A DNA stretch of 64,000 nt from an uncultured bacterium. GTDB lineage: Bacteria > JAGRBM01 > JAHCIT01. The stretch is from the NCBI GenBank assembly GCA_964565925.1, contig CAZMGV010000001.1, forward strand, positions 430,618 through 494,617, written 5' to 3'. Both the position numbers and the translations under genes were made by a program. How positions within the stretch are numbered: position 1 is the stretch's first letter; the number at the start of each line of letters is the position of its first letter. The notes under the pieces are model-generated. The model ran no database searches. It saw nothing but the letters and a program-made list of their open reading frames with translations, and had not been told where the DNA came from. Below are positions 46,840-56,430 of the stretch, in pieces.

Positions 46840-47137
46840 TAAAATTCAGGTTTCCCGTTTCAGGGACGGTTCCTATGCGCTGCCGGGACCCGTTGCAAAG
46901 GGGCACCGGGGAACCTCCAGTAGTTCACCGGTCGGCCCTTCCGGGTCAAGTCCGAAACCGGCCTTGACAGGAGGGGGGCGGAACCCTTAAGGAACCCCCG
47001 CAAACCGGGGTATTTTCTAAAGAATCCCACCCCCGGCGGCCACCCCGGACCCGTTCCGGCAGGCCACGAGCGAGGCAGCCATTTCTACGGAACTGATAAA
47101 GAATCTTCTCAACCTGGCCCGCTTCGACGACGAGATC

Positions 47138-47875
47138 GTGGGCCTGGAGAAAACCCTCAAGGAAAGCCCCAGGAAACTCGATGAGTTCGAGACCCAGATC
47201 CGCACCCACGGCCAGGGCGCCGACACGCTGCGCCGCCGCAAGGATTCCCTCCAGAAGAACCGCGAGCAGAAGATACAGTTTCTCCATGCCGAACGCGACA
47301 ACCTGAAGCGCATCGAGGCCAAGCAGCTTGCCATCAAGACCGAGCGCGAGCAGCAGGCCGTGATGAAGGAACTCGACAACTCCAAGCGGATGATCGACAC
47401 CGTCAGCGACGAGATCAAGAAGCTCGAAGTCGATATCGGCATCCAGACTTCCGACCTCGAGAAGCTCGAAGCGGCCATGAACACGGCCCGCGAACAGCTG
47501 ACCCCGCAGATCGAGGCGATCAACAAGGCCGCCGAAGAAGCGAAGAAACAGCTCGACTCCATGTTCGCGGCCCGCAACGAACTGATCAAGAAGGTCGACG
47601 ACCGCTGGTACCGCATCTACGAACGCGTCCGCACTGTGAAGGGCCGCGGTATCGTTCCGGTCGAATACGCCCCGGGCGCCAAGAAGTCCGCCCGCTGCAC
47701 CGGCTGCAACATGACCGTGCAGATGCAGCGCGTGAACCAGGTGCTGAAGAAGCAGGAACTGCAGACCTGCGACTACTGCGGCCGCATCCTCTACTGGGCC
47801 GCGCCGCCCGATGAAGTCGAGGAGACCGAGGCCGAGGCGAAGCCCAAATCGAAGGCCAAGGCCAAGGGCGCCTGA
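47138..47875 (+). CDS. coiled-coil protein with C-terminal C4 zinc ribbon (COG1579-like)
   Basis: Long coiled coil followed by CTGCN...CDYCGR. The coiled coil appears to extend upstream (ISTELIKNLLNLARFDDEI) of the first canonical start, so the true start is uncertain. Confidence 0.55.
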   Translation: MGLEKTLKESPRKLDEFETQIRTHGQGADTLRRRKDSLQKNREQKIQFLHAERDNLKRIEAKQLAIKTEREQQAVMKELDNSKRMIDTVSDEIKKLEVDIGIQTSDLEKLEAAMNTAREQLTPQIEAINKAAEEAKKQLDSMFAARNELIKKVDDRWYRIYERVRTVKGRGIVPVEYAPGAKKSARCTGCNMTVQMQRVNQVLKKQELQTCDYCGRILYWAAPPDEVEETEAEAKPKSKAKAKGA

Positions 47876-47911
47876 TTCTCCGGTCCCGCCGGAAAGAACC
47901 CCACAAACGAC

Positions 47912-48892
47912 GTGCCCGCAGACAAGCCCAGAGCCGGCCTGCTGATCAACCCCAACGCCCGCGGCAACCGCAAGCGTCCGGGGCTGGAACGCCGCGCGCG
48001 CAAGATTCTCGGCGACGACCTCTGCATCATCCGCACCACCCGCGACGTCAGCGAAATCGACAACGTCATCCGCGAATTCATCGACGAGGGCGTGACCGAA
48101 CTGGCCGTCTCGGGCGGGGACGGAGCCATCCACTACCTGTTCGGCCGGTGGCTGGAACTGCACGGCCGTGACAAGCGGATTCCGCCGCTGCTTGTGCTGG
48201 GCGACGGCGGCATGAACATGCTCTACAACGACGTGGAGATGACCGGCTCGCCGGAAGATATACTCGCCCGGTGGGGAAAGGCGCTCCGGAAGAACCGGCC
48301 AATGAAACGCGCCACGCGCAGCCTCATCAAGGTCGAATTCGAGGCCCGTGCGCCGCTCTACTGCTTCACCTTCACCGACGGGTTCATCGCCAAATTCGTG
48401 AAGAAGTATCTTGAGACCGACGGCGGCCCGGTCGAAACCGTCTCGATGATCCTCAAGTTCGTCCAGGAAGCGGTCAGCAACCCCGACGAATCCTACCGGA
48501 ACTGGTACTGGCCGCTCGATGCCGTCTATAAAATCGGCGGCGTCGAACAGCCCGTCACCGGCCAGACCTTCTGCGTCGCCTCGACCATCCAGCGGCTCAT
48601 CCTGGGCTTCCAGCTGTTCGAGCACGCCCCGGTCACCGCCAGCCACATGGGATTCATGACCTACTGGACGAAGAACCTGAACAAGACGGCGGCCTCGCTG
48701 CCGCTCGTGTTCTGGGGCAAGGGGCGGCTGCGCGGCTGGAACGACGAGGTGAAGCTCCAGCAGTTCGGGCCGACCGAAGTCACCATCGAGAAGTGCGGAT
48801 TCACCGTGATCGACGGTGAACCGTACGAACAGGCGGCACCGCTTAACTGCAGGTTGTCGCTGGGCCCCGTGGTGGAAGTCACGGTGGTGTGA
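47912..48892 (+). CDS. lipid kinase, diacylglycerol-kinase catalytic-domain family (YegS/DAGK_cat-like)
   Basis: GTG start. LAVSGGDGAIHYL matches the GGDG motif of the DAGK/NAD-kinase fold. About 326 aa. Confidence 0.55.
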   Translation: MPADKPRAGLLINPNARGNRKRPGLERRARKILGDDLCIIRTTRDVSEIDNVIREFIDEGVTELAVSGGDGAIHYLFGRWLELHGRDKRIPPLLVLGDGGMNMLYNDVEMTGSPEDILARWGKALRKNRPMKRATRSLIKVEFEARAPLYCFTFTDGFIAKFVKKYLETDGGPVETVSMILKFVQEAVSNPDESYRNWYWPLDAVYKIGGVEQPVTGQTFCVASTIQRLILGFQLFEHAPVTASHMGFMTYWTKNLNKTAASLPLVFWGKGRLRGWNDEVKLQQFGPTEVTIEKCGFTVIDGEPYEQAAPLNCRLSLGPVVEVTVV

Positions 48893-48906
48893 GTTAATCT
48901 CCCGCG

Positions 48907-49884
48907 GTGCCCGCGAAATCCGACAAAGCCGTCCATGATACGCTCGCCCGCCGCAGGCTGCTGGCCGGGCGCACCGACGCGTTCCGCGTGTCGCACTACG
49001 AACTCCACCCGGAGATCACGCTCGACTGCTACGCGGGGCATCTGCTCGCGACGGTTTATCCCAAAACGGAGAAGAACCCCGAAGGCGCCGCCCGCTACTG
49101 GTGCGAACAGGCCGCCCAGGGGCTGAAGGCGGTCCTCGGGATCGAGGTCTCCAGCGCCGTCTGGAAGCTGCGCCCCGATAACCTGTCGCACCTCCCGCCT
49201 GACGAGGCAGACAAGGCGTCCGGCGCCAGGACATTATTCGGCGAGCCCCCGGCCGACCGGTTCCAGATTCACGAGAACGGCGTGCCGCTGCTGGTCTCGA
49301 TGCATGCCGGGTTTTCGACCGGGCTGTTTCTGGATATGCGGGACGGCCGGAAAGTGCTCGGCGCCCTCGTCCGCCGCCGGGCCGAATCCGGGAAAGCCCC
49401 GAAGGTCCTGAACCTCTTTTCGTATACCGGGGCGTTCTCGTCCGTCGCCGCCGCGGCGGGTGCCGAGAGCGTCACGGAAGTGGACACGGGCGGCCGCTGG
49501 CTGGACTGGTCGAAGGACAACGCCGCGCTGTCCGGCGCCCAGGACCTGCTCATCCAGAAACAGCGTGACGCCATCGATTACCTGGAATACGCCGCGAGGC
49601 GGAACGAACTGTTCGACGTGATCGTCGCCGATCCGCCGTCTTACTCCACGAACAAGTCGGACCGGTTCACCGTGCGGGACGGTTATCTCAAGATGGTCCC
49701 GCTGTTCCAGAAGGTGCTTGCCAAAGACGGGCAGCTCATCGCCGCCTCCAATCACGGCGGCTGGACCTGGGCCGCGTTCAGACAGGCGCTCACTTCGTTC
49801 CGGCTGGTCGAAAGAATACCGGCGCCGGAGGATTTCCCCGGCGCCGATTATCTGAAAGTCGGGCTGTTTGAGAAGATGCGTTAG
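48907..49884 (+). CDS. class I SAM-dependent RNA methyltransferase (RlmI/RlmK-like)
   Basis: VLNLFSYTGAFS (motif I), the DPPSY catalytic motif and an N-terminal PUA-like/EEHEE region. Confidence 0.6.
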   Translation: MPAKSDKAVHDTLARRRLLAGRTDAFRVSHYELHPEITLDCYAGHLLATVYPKTEKNPEGAARYWCEQAAQGLKAVLGIEVSSAVWKLRPDNLSHLPPDEADKASGARTLFGEPPADRFQIHENGVPLLVSMHAGFSTGLFLDMRDGRKVLGALVRRRAESGKAPKVLNLFSYTGAFSSVAAAAGAESVTEVDTGGRWLDWSKDNAALSGAQDLLIQKQRDAIDYLEYAARRNELFDVIVADPPSYSTNKSDRFTVRDGYLKMVPLFQKVLAKDGQLIAASNHGGWTWAAFRQALTSFRLVERIPAPEDFPGADYLKVGLFEKMR

Positions 49885-49901
49885 AACCCGACCGGGTCCC
49901 C

Positions 49902-51107
49902 CTAGAAACTGACCCAGTCCACCTTCGGCGGATTCTTGGCGAGCTTCTTGAAGTAGTTGCGCGCGATCACCATCCGGTGCACTTCCGACGGTCCGTCGTA
50001 GATCCTGAACGCACGGCCTTCGCGGAAAAACCGTTCCACCGGCGTGTCGCCCGAGTAGCCCAGCCCGCCCATCACCTGCACGGCACGGTCGAACACCCGG
50101 TTCACCGCTTCCGAGGCGTAGAGCTTCGCCATCGAGGTCTCCTCGCGGGCTTCGTCGCCCTGATCGAGCAGCCACGCGGCCTGAAGGGTCACGAGCTTGG
50201 CGGCGTGGAGGTCCAGCACCGAATCGGCCACCGACCACTGCGTGTGCTGGTGATCGGACAGTTTCACCTTGAACGCCTCGCGCTGCGTGGCCCGGAAGGC
50301 CATCAGCTCCAGCGCGCGTTCGGCGGCACCGATCCAGCGCATGCAGTGCGTGAGGCGCGCCGGCCCGAGGCGGATCTGCATCAGCTTGAACCCTTCGCCC
50401 TCTTTGCCGAGCATCGCCGACTGCGGCACCCGGACGTTCTGGATGACCATTTCGCAGTGGCCGCCCGGGCCGTGCGTGCCCAGCACCGGGACCATGCGCT
50501 TCACGGTGAAACCGGGCGTGTTCATCGGGACCAGAAAGAGCGAGACGCCTTCGTGCGCCTTCACGTTCGGATTGGTCACACCCGCGAATATACAGAACCC
50601 GGCGCCCATGGCGCCGGTCGTGAACCACTTGTGGCCGTTCAGCACCCAGTCGTCGCCGTTACGGACGGCGGTGGACTTCACCATGCTGGCGTCGGCGCCC
50701 ACGCCCTGGGCCGGCTCCGTCATGCCGAAGCAGGAGCGGAACTTTCCGTCCACCAGCGGCTTCAGGTACTGCGCCGTCTGCTCGGCGTTGGCCGCCTTGT
50801 GCAGCAGGTGCATGTTCCCTTCGTCCGGGGCGGCGCAGTTCAAGGCCACCGGGCCGATCAGCGAGCGGCCCGCTGCCATGAACACGAACGCCGTCTCGAC
50901 ATGCGAGAGCCCGTGCCCTCCCAGCTCTTTGGGCAGATGCGGCGTGTAAATGCCCGCCGCCTTCGCCTTGCCGCGCATCTCGGCGATCACGTCGTCGGGC
51001 AGATGGTCGGAATCCTCCCGCATTTCGTAGGGGATCACGACGTCGTCGACGAACTTCTTGACCTTGTCGGCGAGCTCGCGGGCGCGCTGGGGAACACTGA
51101 ACTCCAT
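49902..51107 (-). CDS. acyl-CoA dehydrogenase
   Basis: ACAD fold motifs (GMTEPAQGVGADASM, catalytic region YASEAVNRVFDRAVQVMGGLGY). 401 aa. Confidence 0.8.
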   Translation of the reverse strand: MEFSVPQRARELADKVKKFVDDVVIPYEMREDSDHLPDDVIAEMRGKAKAAGIYTPHLPKELGGHGLSHVETAFVFMAAGRSLIGPVALNCAAPDEGNMHLLHKAANAEQTAQYLKPLVDGKFRSCFGMTEPAQGVGADASMVKSTAVRNGDDWVLNGHKWFTTGAMGAGFCIFAGVTNPNVKAHEGVSLFLVPMNTPGFTVKRMVPVLGTHGPGGHCEMVIQNVRVPQSAMLGKEGEGFKLMQIRLGPARLTHCMRWIGAAERALELMAFRATQREAFKVKLSDHQHTQWSVADSVLDLHAAKLVTLQAAWLLDQGDEAREETSMAKLYASEAVNRVFDRAVQVMGGLGYSGDTPVERFFREGRAFRIYDGPSEVHRMVIARNYFKKLAKNPPKVDWVSF

Positions 51108-51190
51108 AAATCACTCCTGTAATAAAGATAGTCGGGGGAACCGGCCGTTATACGGCCGTCAGAATCGCCGGTGAACAGCGAAGCCCGATT

Positions 51191-51724
51191 TCAGTCGAGC
51201 TTCCAGTCCGTTTTCCGGTACCGTTCGAGAATAAAGAAGTTGCTCGGCACGCAGACCGGGCCGAACCGCAGATACGCCTTGCCAATGAACACGTCCGGGT
51301 TCGAGGCGTAGGGCTGGACCATGTAGTCGCGCAGCATCCACGGGTCGAACAGGCCGTTCCGGGCGTTGCTGCCGTAGTTCAGGATCGTGGCGTTCGGGTA
51401 GTAGTTGTCGCTCTCGGACGCCTTCACCGGATAGACGTCGTAGAAGCCGAACCGCTTGGGTTCCGCCCCCTTGTAGTCCCAGGGGCCCTTGAGGCCCACC
51501 TGCTTGACGGAGACGTTATACCCTTCGACCTCGCCCCTGGCGTTCCTGAACATTCCCTTGATGAACTGCTGGATGCCGAGGTATTTCGCGAAAAACGGCG
51601 TGTTGAACCCGCGGAACTCGTACCCGGCGAACAGTTCCGGCGCGGGCAGCTGCCCGGCCCGGAAGATCTTCTCCAGTTCCGCGTTCGACGAAGTCGCCAG
51701 CTCTTCGTATTTCAGGTCGCTCAT
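51191..51724 (-). CDS. hypothetical protein (177 aa), co-directional and likely co-transcribed with the acyl-CoA dehydrogenase
   Basis: Protein-like composition. 83-nt gap to ACAD. No recognised domain. Confidence 0.45.
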   Translation of the reverse strand: MSDLKYEELATSSNAELEKIFRAGQLPAPELFAGYEFRGFNTPFFAKYLGIQQFIKGMFRNARGEVEGYNVSVKQVGLKGPWDYKGAEPKRFGFYDVYPVKASESDNYYPNATILNYGSNARNGLFDPWMLRDYMVQPYASNPDVFIGKAYLRFGPVCVPSNFFILERYRKTDWKLD

Positions 51725-51899
51725 TTGTCATCCCTCCGGGCTGAACATGGTTCACCGCCAGCCACAATCTCCATCCGAATCAGCCGGGTAGTGACGGCCG
51801 CAGTGACAGGCAGGTCAGTTCTTACCGGATAACAATGAAAAGCGGCAAGTGCGTGACCGAAGGTTGGCCGCCACCCCCAACGGTGTTAAAACACCGGCA

Positions 51900-52796
51900 A
51901 TGGACGACTTCCGCCCCATCAAGCTCACGGCCAACGGACTCACCTTCTCGGCGCTGGAGGCGGGCAAGGGACCGCTGGTGCTGCTGCTCCACGGCTTTCC
52001 GGACCACAACCGGACCTGGCATCACCAGCTTCAGGCGCTTGCGGACGCCGGTTACCGGGCCGTAGCCCCGCTTATGCGGGGTTACGAGCCGTCGTCGCAG
52101 CCCGCCGACGGTGACTACCACGTCGTCCGGTTTGCCGAAGACGTGATCGGCTGGATGGATTGCCTGAAAGCCGACCGCTGCCACCTGGTCGGTCACGACT
52201 GGGGCGCGATCACCACCTATGCGGCCGGGACGCTGGCGCCAAGACGCTTCCATTCGCTCTCGACGCTGGCCGTTCCGCACCTGCGGCGGATGCCGCGCGG
52301 CATCCGCGAACTGCCCGGCCAGATGCGCAACTCCTGGTACATGATGTTCTTCCAGCTCCGGTTCGTCGCCGACGCCGTCGTCGAACGCGGCGACTGGGCG
52401 TTTATCGAGAAGCTGTGGCGCGACTGGTCGCCCGGCTGGAACTGGCCGCCCGAGGAGATGGCCGCGCTGAAGAAAACCTTCGCGCAACCGGGCGTCAAGA
52501 AGGCGGCGCTGGGCTACTACCGGGCGTTCTTCGATCCGATTTCGCAGGCCTCCAAAGACACCCGCAAGCTCACGAACTCCAAAGTCACCGTGCCGACGCT
52601 CGCGCTGACGGGTGCGACCGACGGCTGCATGGATACGCGGCTCTACGACATCGTCATGCAGCCTGAAGATTTCCCCAACGGCCTGCGGGTCGTACGTGTG
52701 CAGGGCGCCGGGCATTTCCTCCAGCAGGAGAAACCGGAAGACGTCAACCGGTACCTTCTCGAATGGATCCGGGAACACCACCCGACTGCAGGCTGA
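51900..52796 (+). CDS. alpha/beta hydrolase (epoxide-hydrolase-like)
   Basis: LLLHGFPD...HLVGHDWG nucleophile elbow (GHDWG). C-terminal GAGHF with the catalytic His. ATG at 51900 within the ORF from 51849. Confidence 0.7.
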   Translation: MDDFRPIKLTANGLTFSALEAGKGPLVLLLHGFPDHNRTWHHQLQALADAGYRAVAPLMRGYEPSSQPADGDYHVVRFAEDVIGWMDCLKADRCHLVGHDWGAITTYAAGTLAPRRFHSLSTLAVPHLRRMPRGIRELPGQMRNSWYMMFFQLRFVADAVVERGDWAFIEKLWRDWSPGWNWPPEEMAALKKTFAQPGVKKAALGYYRAFFDPISQASKDTRKLTNSKVTVPTLALTGATDGCMDTRLYDIVMQPEDFPNGLRVVRVQGAGHFLQQEKPEDVNRYLLEWIREHHPTAG

Positions 52797-52841
52797 CCGC
52801 CGGCTGACGGGAAGCGGTCGAGCGCGGATATATAGAAGACT

Positions 52842-54731
52842 ATGCCTTTCACCCCTGAACAACGCCGCCAGCTGCTCGCCCTCGGACAGGCGATTATTCC
52901 GGACGGACGGATCTTTCCGGGTGTGACGGAACGTTCCGCCGAACGGGTGGAGAACTATCTCTCCCACGGCGGGCTGGCGGCCGGTTTCGCGCGGCTGCTC
53001 CAGACGCTCGACCTCTTTACCCGCGCCCGCAAAGGCGTCGGGTTCGCCGACCTGTCCCGTGAAGAGCGCGAAGAGCTGCTCACCGGCTGGAGTTCCGCCG
53101 GTGTCGCCGGCCGGGCGTTGTTCATGGGCCTGACGTCCCCCTTCAAGGCGACCCACTTCGACGACCCCGAGGTCTACACCGCCATGGGGTGCGTCTATGA
53201 ATTTCACGGCAAGCCCGAGCCGCCCGAGCGGTGGCGCCAGCAGGTGATGGCGGGCGATTCGATCTCCGAAGGTGAAGAGATCGAGTGCGACATCGTCGTC
53301 GTCGGCACGGGCGCCGGCGGGGCCGTGTTCGGCAAGGAGCTGGCCGAGAAGGGTTATGCCGTCGCCTTCATCGAAGAAGGCGAATGGCGGGACCGCGACG
53401 CCTTCACCGGCCGTTCGCTCGAGATGCACCGCAAGCACCACCGGGGCGCCGGAGTCACCGGGACCGTTGGCAACGCGTTTATCGCCGTGCCCATGGGCCG
53501 TCTCGTGGGCGGCTCCACCGCGATCAACACCGGCACCTGCTTCCGGACGCCGGACTGGATTCTCGACAAATGGGTCCACGAGTTCGGCCTCAAGGGGTTC
53601 GAGCCCGAGACGATGCGCCCCTATTTCGAACGGGTGGAGCGGGAACTCCAGGTGGAGGACCCCGACCCCAAATACCTGGGCGGCATTCCGAGGGTCATCG
53701 CGCGCGGCTGCGACAAGCTCGGCTGGTCGCACAGGGTCATCAGGCGCAACGCCCCCGGTTGCGACGGTTCCGGCGTGTGCGACTTCGGCTGCCCGACCGA
53801 GGCGCGCCGCTCCACCAATATTTCGTATATTCCTCCGGCGCTTAAATGCGGCGCGGTCCTCTATACCGGCCTTGCCGCCAAACGGGTGCGGATCGAGAAC
53901 GGCAAGGCCGTGGGGATCGAGGCCGTCACCCGCGACGGCAGGGTGAAGAAGTTCCGCTCGCGCGTCACGGCGCTCGCCTGCGGGACGATGCTCACCCCGG
54001 TGCTGCTCGCCGATCAGGGGATCTGCAACAGTTCCGGCTGGCTCGGTCGCAATCTTTCGGTGCATCCGTCGGGCAACGCGTCGGCGCTCTTCGACGAGGA
54101 GATCCGCGCTTACTCGTCGATTCCGTCCGGCTACACCTGCGACCAGTGGCACAAGGACGGCATCCTGATGAACGGCGCCGGGGCGCCGCTCGACATGACC
54201 CCCATGATGTTCCCGTTCATCGGCCGCAAACTGATGGAAGTGATGGAGGCGGCCGACCGGGTCGCCGGGTTCGGCTATCTCATCACCGACAGCAGCAACG
54301 GGCGGCTCGTGAGACTGCCGGGCGGGCGGCGGATCTGGTACAAGAACCTTCTGGAAAAAGACCTGCGCGACCTCAAGACCGGCCTGATCCGGACGGTCGA
54401 GGTGTTCCAGGCGGCCGGCGCCAAAGAGATCTATCCGATGCTTCCCGGCCACGACATCATCAGGACCGACAAGGATTTCGACAAGCTGCGGAAAGCCGAC
54501 ATCAAGCCCTGGCAGTGGACCCCGGTGGGTTTCCACCCCCTGGGGACGACCCGCATGGGCCCGAGCCGCAAGGATTCGGTACTGGATCTGGACCACCAGA
54601 GCTGGGACGTGCCGAACCTCTATGTCGTGGACGGCGGCGCCGCGCCCTCCGCCATCAGCGTGAACTCCCAGGTCACGATCATGACCCTCGCCACACGGGC
54701 GGCATTGCGGCTGGCCGAGAAACTCGGCTGA
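52842..54731 (+). CDS. GMC-family FAD oxidoreductase fused to an N-terminal gluconate-2-dehydrogenase-subunit-3-like domain of about 140 aa
   Basis: DIVVVGTGAGGAVFGKELAEKG Rossmann motif begins only at about residue 147. C-terminal GMC_oxred_C region (HPLGTTRMG, PNLYVVDGG). Confidence 0.7.
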   Translation: MPFTPEQRRQLLALGQAIIPDGRIFPGVTERSAERVENYLSHGGLAAGFARLLQTLDLFTRARKGVGFADLSREEREELLTGWSSAGVAGRALFMGLTSPFKATHFDDPEVYTAMGCVYEFHGKPEPPERWRQQVMAGDSISEGEEIECDIVVVGTGAGGAVFGKELAEKGYAVAFIEEGEWRDRDAFTGRSLEMHRKHHRGAGVTGTVGNAFIAVPMGRLVGGSTAINTGTCFRTPDWILDKWVHEFGLKGFEPETMRPYFERVERELQVEDPDPKYLGGIPRVIARGCDKLGWSHRVIRRNAPGCDGSGVCDFGCPTEARRSTNISYIPPALKCGAVLYTGLAAKRVRIENGKAVGIEAVTRDGRVKKFRSRVTALACGTMLTPVLLADQGICNSSGWLGRNLSVHPSGNASALFDEEIRAYSSIPSGYTCDQWHKDGILMNGAGAPLDMTPMMFPFIGRKLMEVMEAADRVAGFGYLITDSSNGRLVRLPGGRRIWYKNLLEKDLRDLKTGLIRTVEVFQAAGAKEIYPMLPGHDIIRTDKDFDKLRKADIKPWQWTPVGFHPLGTTRMGPSRKDSVLDLDHQSWDVPNLYVVDGGAAPSAISVNSQVTIMTLATRAALRLAEKLG

Positions 54732-54770
54732 AGTTGCCCAAAACCCGGTAAATCCGGTATCCTTTGCACT

Positions 54771-55088
54771 GTGACTGGTTCGCCGAACATCGAAATTCCT
54801 AAAGAACGGATCGCTGATTTCTGCCACCGGTGGAAAGTGGCGGAGCTGTCGCTTTTCGGTTCGGTACTCCGCGACGATTTCAGCCCCGCAAGCGACGTGG
54901 ATGTACTCGTCCAGTTTATTCCGGGATCGACCGTAACCATCGGAACGATGGTTACCATGAAGGAAGAGCTGGAAAGCCTGTTCCGCCGGAAGGTGGACAT
55001 ACTCACCAAAAAGGCCGTTCAGGCGAGCAAAAATCCATTACGCAAGAAGGCGATTCTCGGTGGCGCTCAAATCGTCTATTCTTCGTGA
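54771..55088 (+). CDS. mntA: MntA-type nucleotidyltransferase antitoxin
   Basis: LFGSVLRDDFSPASDVDVLV is the minimal nucleotidyltransferase GS...D.D motif. 105 aa. Overlaps the downstream HEPN gene. Confidence 0.65.
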   Translation: MTGSPNIEIPKERIADFCHRWKVAELSLFGSVLRDDFSPASDVDVLVQFIPGSTVTIGTMVTMKEELESLFRRKVDILTKKAVQASKNPLRKKAILGGAQIVYSS

Positions 55089-55419
55089 TCTCGGATATCT
55101 TGAGGATATTCTCGAATCCGCCCGCAGTATCCGGAAGAATGTGACCAGCATGACAAGGGAGCAGTTCCACCTGGATGAAAATATCCGTGATGCCGTGGTC
55201 AGACGCTTCGAAGTCATCGTCGAAGCCTCCAAGCGGGTAAGCGATACGACAAAAGCGGAGATTCCCGCCAACTGGAAAGAACTGGCGGGATTTCGCGACT
55301 TCCTCGCTCACAATTACGATACCATCGATTACGATATTGTCTGGGATTCTGCGGTTATCGATTTGCCGGATGCCGTAAAGGTCATCGAATCCTATGTAGC
55401 GGCAAAGCAAGGCGATTAA
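55060..55419 (+). CDS. hepT: HepT-type HEPN (DUF86) toxin
   Basis: RDFLAHNY contains the Rx4HxY HEPN motif. 119 aa. Overlaps mntA. Confidence 0.65.
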   Translation: MALKSSILRDLGYLEDILESARSIRKNVTSMTREQFHLDENIRDAVVRRFEVIVEASKRVSDTTKAEIPANWKELAGFRDFLAHNYDTIDYDIVWDSAVIDLPDAVKVIESYVAAKQGD

Positions 55420-55425
55420 AGCAGA

Positions 55426-56430
55426 ATGTCTGAAAACAACGATAACCCCGGCCTCCTGGTCCGCCCGAGACGCCTGCGCCGGTCGCCTGTGCTGCGCGAT
55501 CTGGTGGCCGAAACATCGCTCACGATGAACGACCTGATCCAGGGCGTTTTCGCCGCCCCCGGCAAAGGGGTGAAGCAGGAAATTACGTCCATGCCCGGCG
55601 TCCACCGCATGAGCGTGGACGTGCTGGTGGACTACGCCCGCGAAATCGAAAAGGCGGGCGTCAGAGGGCTGATGGTGTTCGGCATCCCCGAATCGAAAGA
55701 CGAACTGGGCACAGGCGCCCACGCCCACGACGGCATCGTCCAGCGTGCGCTGGAAGCGCTCAAAAAATCCGGCACCAAACTGCTGCTCGTCGCCGACACC
55801 TGCTTCTGCGAATACACGTCGTCGGGCCACTGCGGCGTGATCTCCAAGGACAAGCTGTCGGTAGTCGACAACGACAGGACGCTGACGGAGCTGGAGAAAG
55901 TCGCCGTCTCGCAGGCCAACGCCGGGGCGGACGTCATCGCCCCGAGCGGTATGATGGACGGCACGGTGGCGTCGCTACGGGCCGCTCTGGACGGCGCCGG
56001 CCACAGCCACATCCCGCTCATGATGTATTCGGTGAAATACGCGTCGGCCTACTACGGGCCGTTCCGCGAGGCCGCCGACGGCGCGCCGCAGTTCGGCGAC
56101 CGCCGCAGCTACCAGATGGATTTGCGCAACGGCCGCGAGGCGCTGGTCGAGGCCTCGCTCGATCTCGACGAAGGCGCCGACATCATCATGGTGAAACCGG
56201 CGCTGGCCTATCTGGATATTATCCGGCGCGTGCGCGAGATCTCCGACCGGCCGGTAGCCGCTTACAATGTGTCGGGCGAATATTCGATGGTGAAAGCCGC
56301 CGCGAAAAATGGCTGGATCGACGAGAAGGCCGTCGTCATCGAGAACCTCACCGCCATGAAGCGCGCCGGGACCGACCTCATCATCACGTACCACGCACCG
56401 GACGTCGCCCGGTGGCTCCGGAATGGCTGA
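55426..56430 (+). CDS. hemB: porphobilinogen synthase (delta-aminolevulinate dehydratase)
   Basis: RPRRLRRSPVLRDLV N-terminus, Cys-rich metal site (CFCEYTSSGHCG) and the two Schiff-base Lys regions (MVKPA, YSVKYAS). Confidence 0.9.
   Translation: MSENNDNPGLLVRPRRLRRSPVLRDLVAETSLTMNDLIQGVFAAPGKGVKQEITSMPGVHRMSVDVLVDYAREIEKAGVRGLMVFGIPESKDELGTGAHAHDGIVQRALEALKKSGTKLLLVADTCFCEYTSSGHCGVISKDKLSVVDNDRTLTELEKVAVSQANAGADVIAPSGMMDGTVASLRAALDGAGHSHIPLMMYSVKYASAYYGPFREAADGAPQFGDRRSYQMDLRNGREALVEASLDLDEGADIIMVKPALAYLDIIRRVREISDRPVAAYNVSGEYSMVKAAAKNGWIDEKAVVIENLTAMKRAGTDLIITYHAPDVARWLRNG

Noticed and set aside
46840-47137. Possible oriC next to mnmG (gidA), by analogy with enterobacterial origins
   Set aside because: No DnaA boxes or AT-rich DUE in the 300-bp gap. 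The region is GC-rich. Gene order here (mnmG followed by unrelated genes, no dnaA/rsmG/parAB) does not support an origin.
51822-54827. Very long antisense ORFs: a 1001-aa minus-strand ORF here, and similar ones at 6531-8420 (-), 3793-5067 (-), 16062-17633 (-), 20455-21510 (-), 21818-23158 (-), 25217-26803 (+), 41341-42672 (-), 44348-46842 (+)
   Set aside because: Each lies opposite or out of frame to a gene with clear conserved-family sequence. Their products are low-complexity (Arg/Gly/Pro/Ala-rich), as expected from stop-codon-poor high-GC DNA. I treat them as non-coding shadows.
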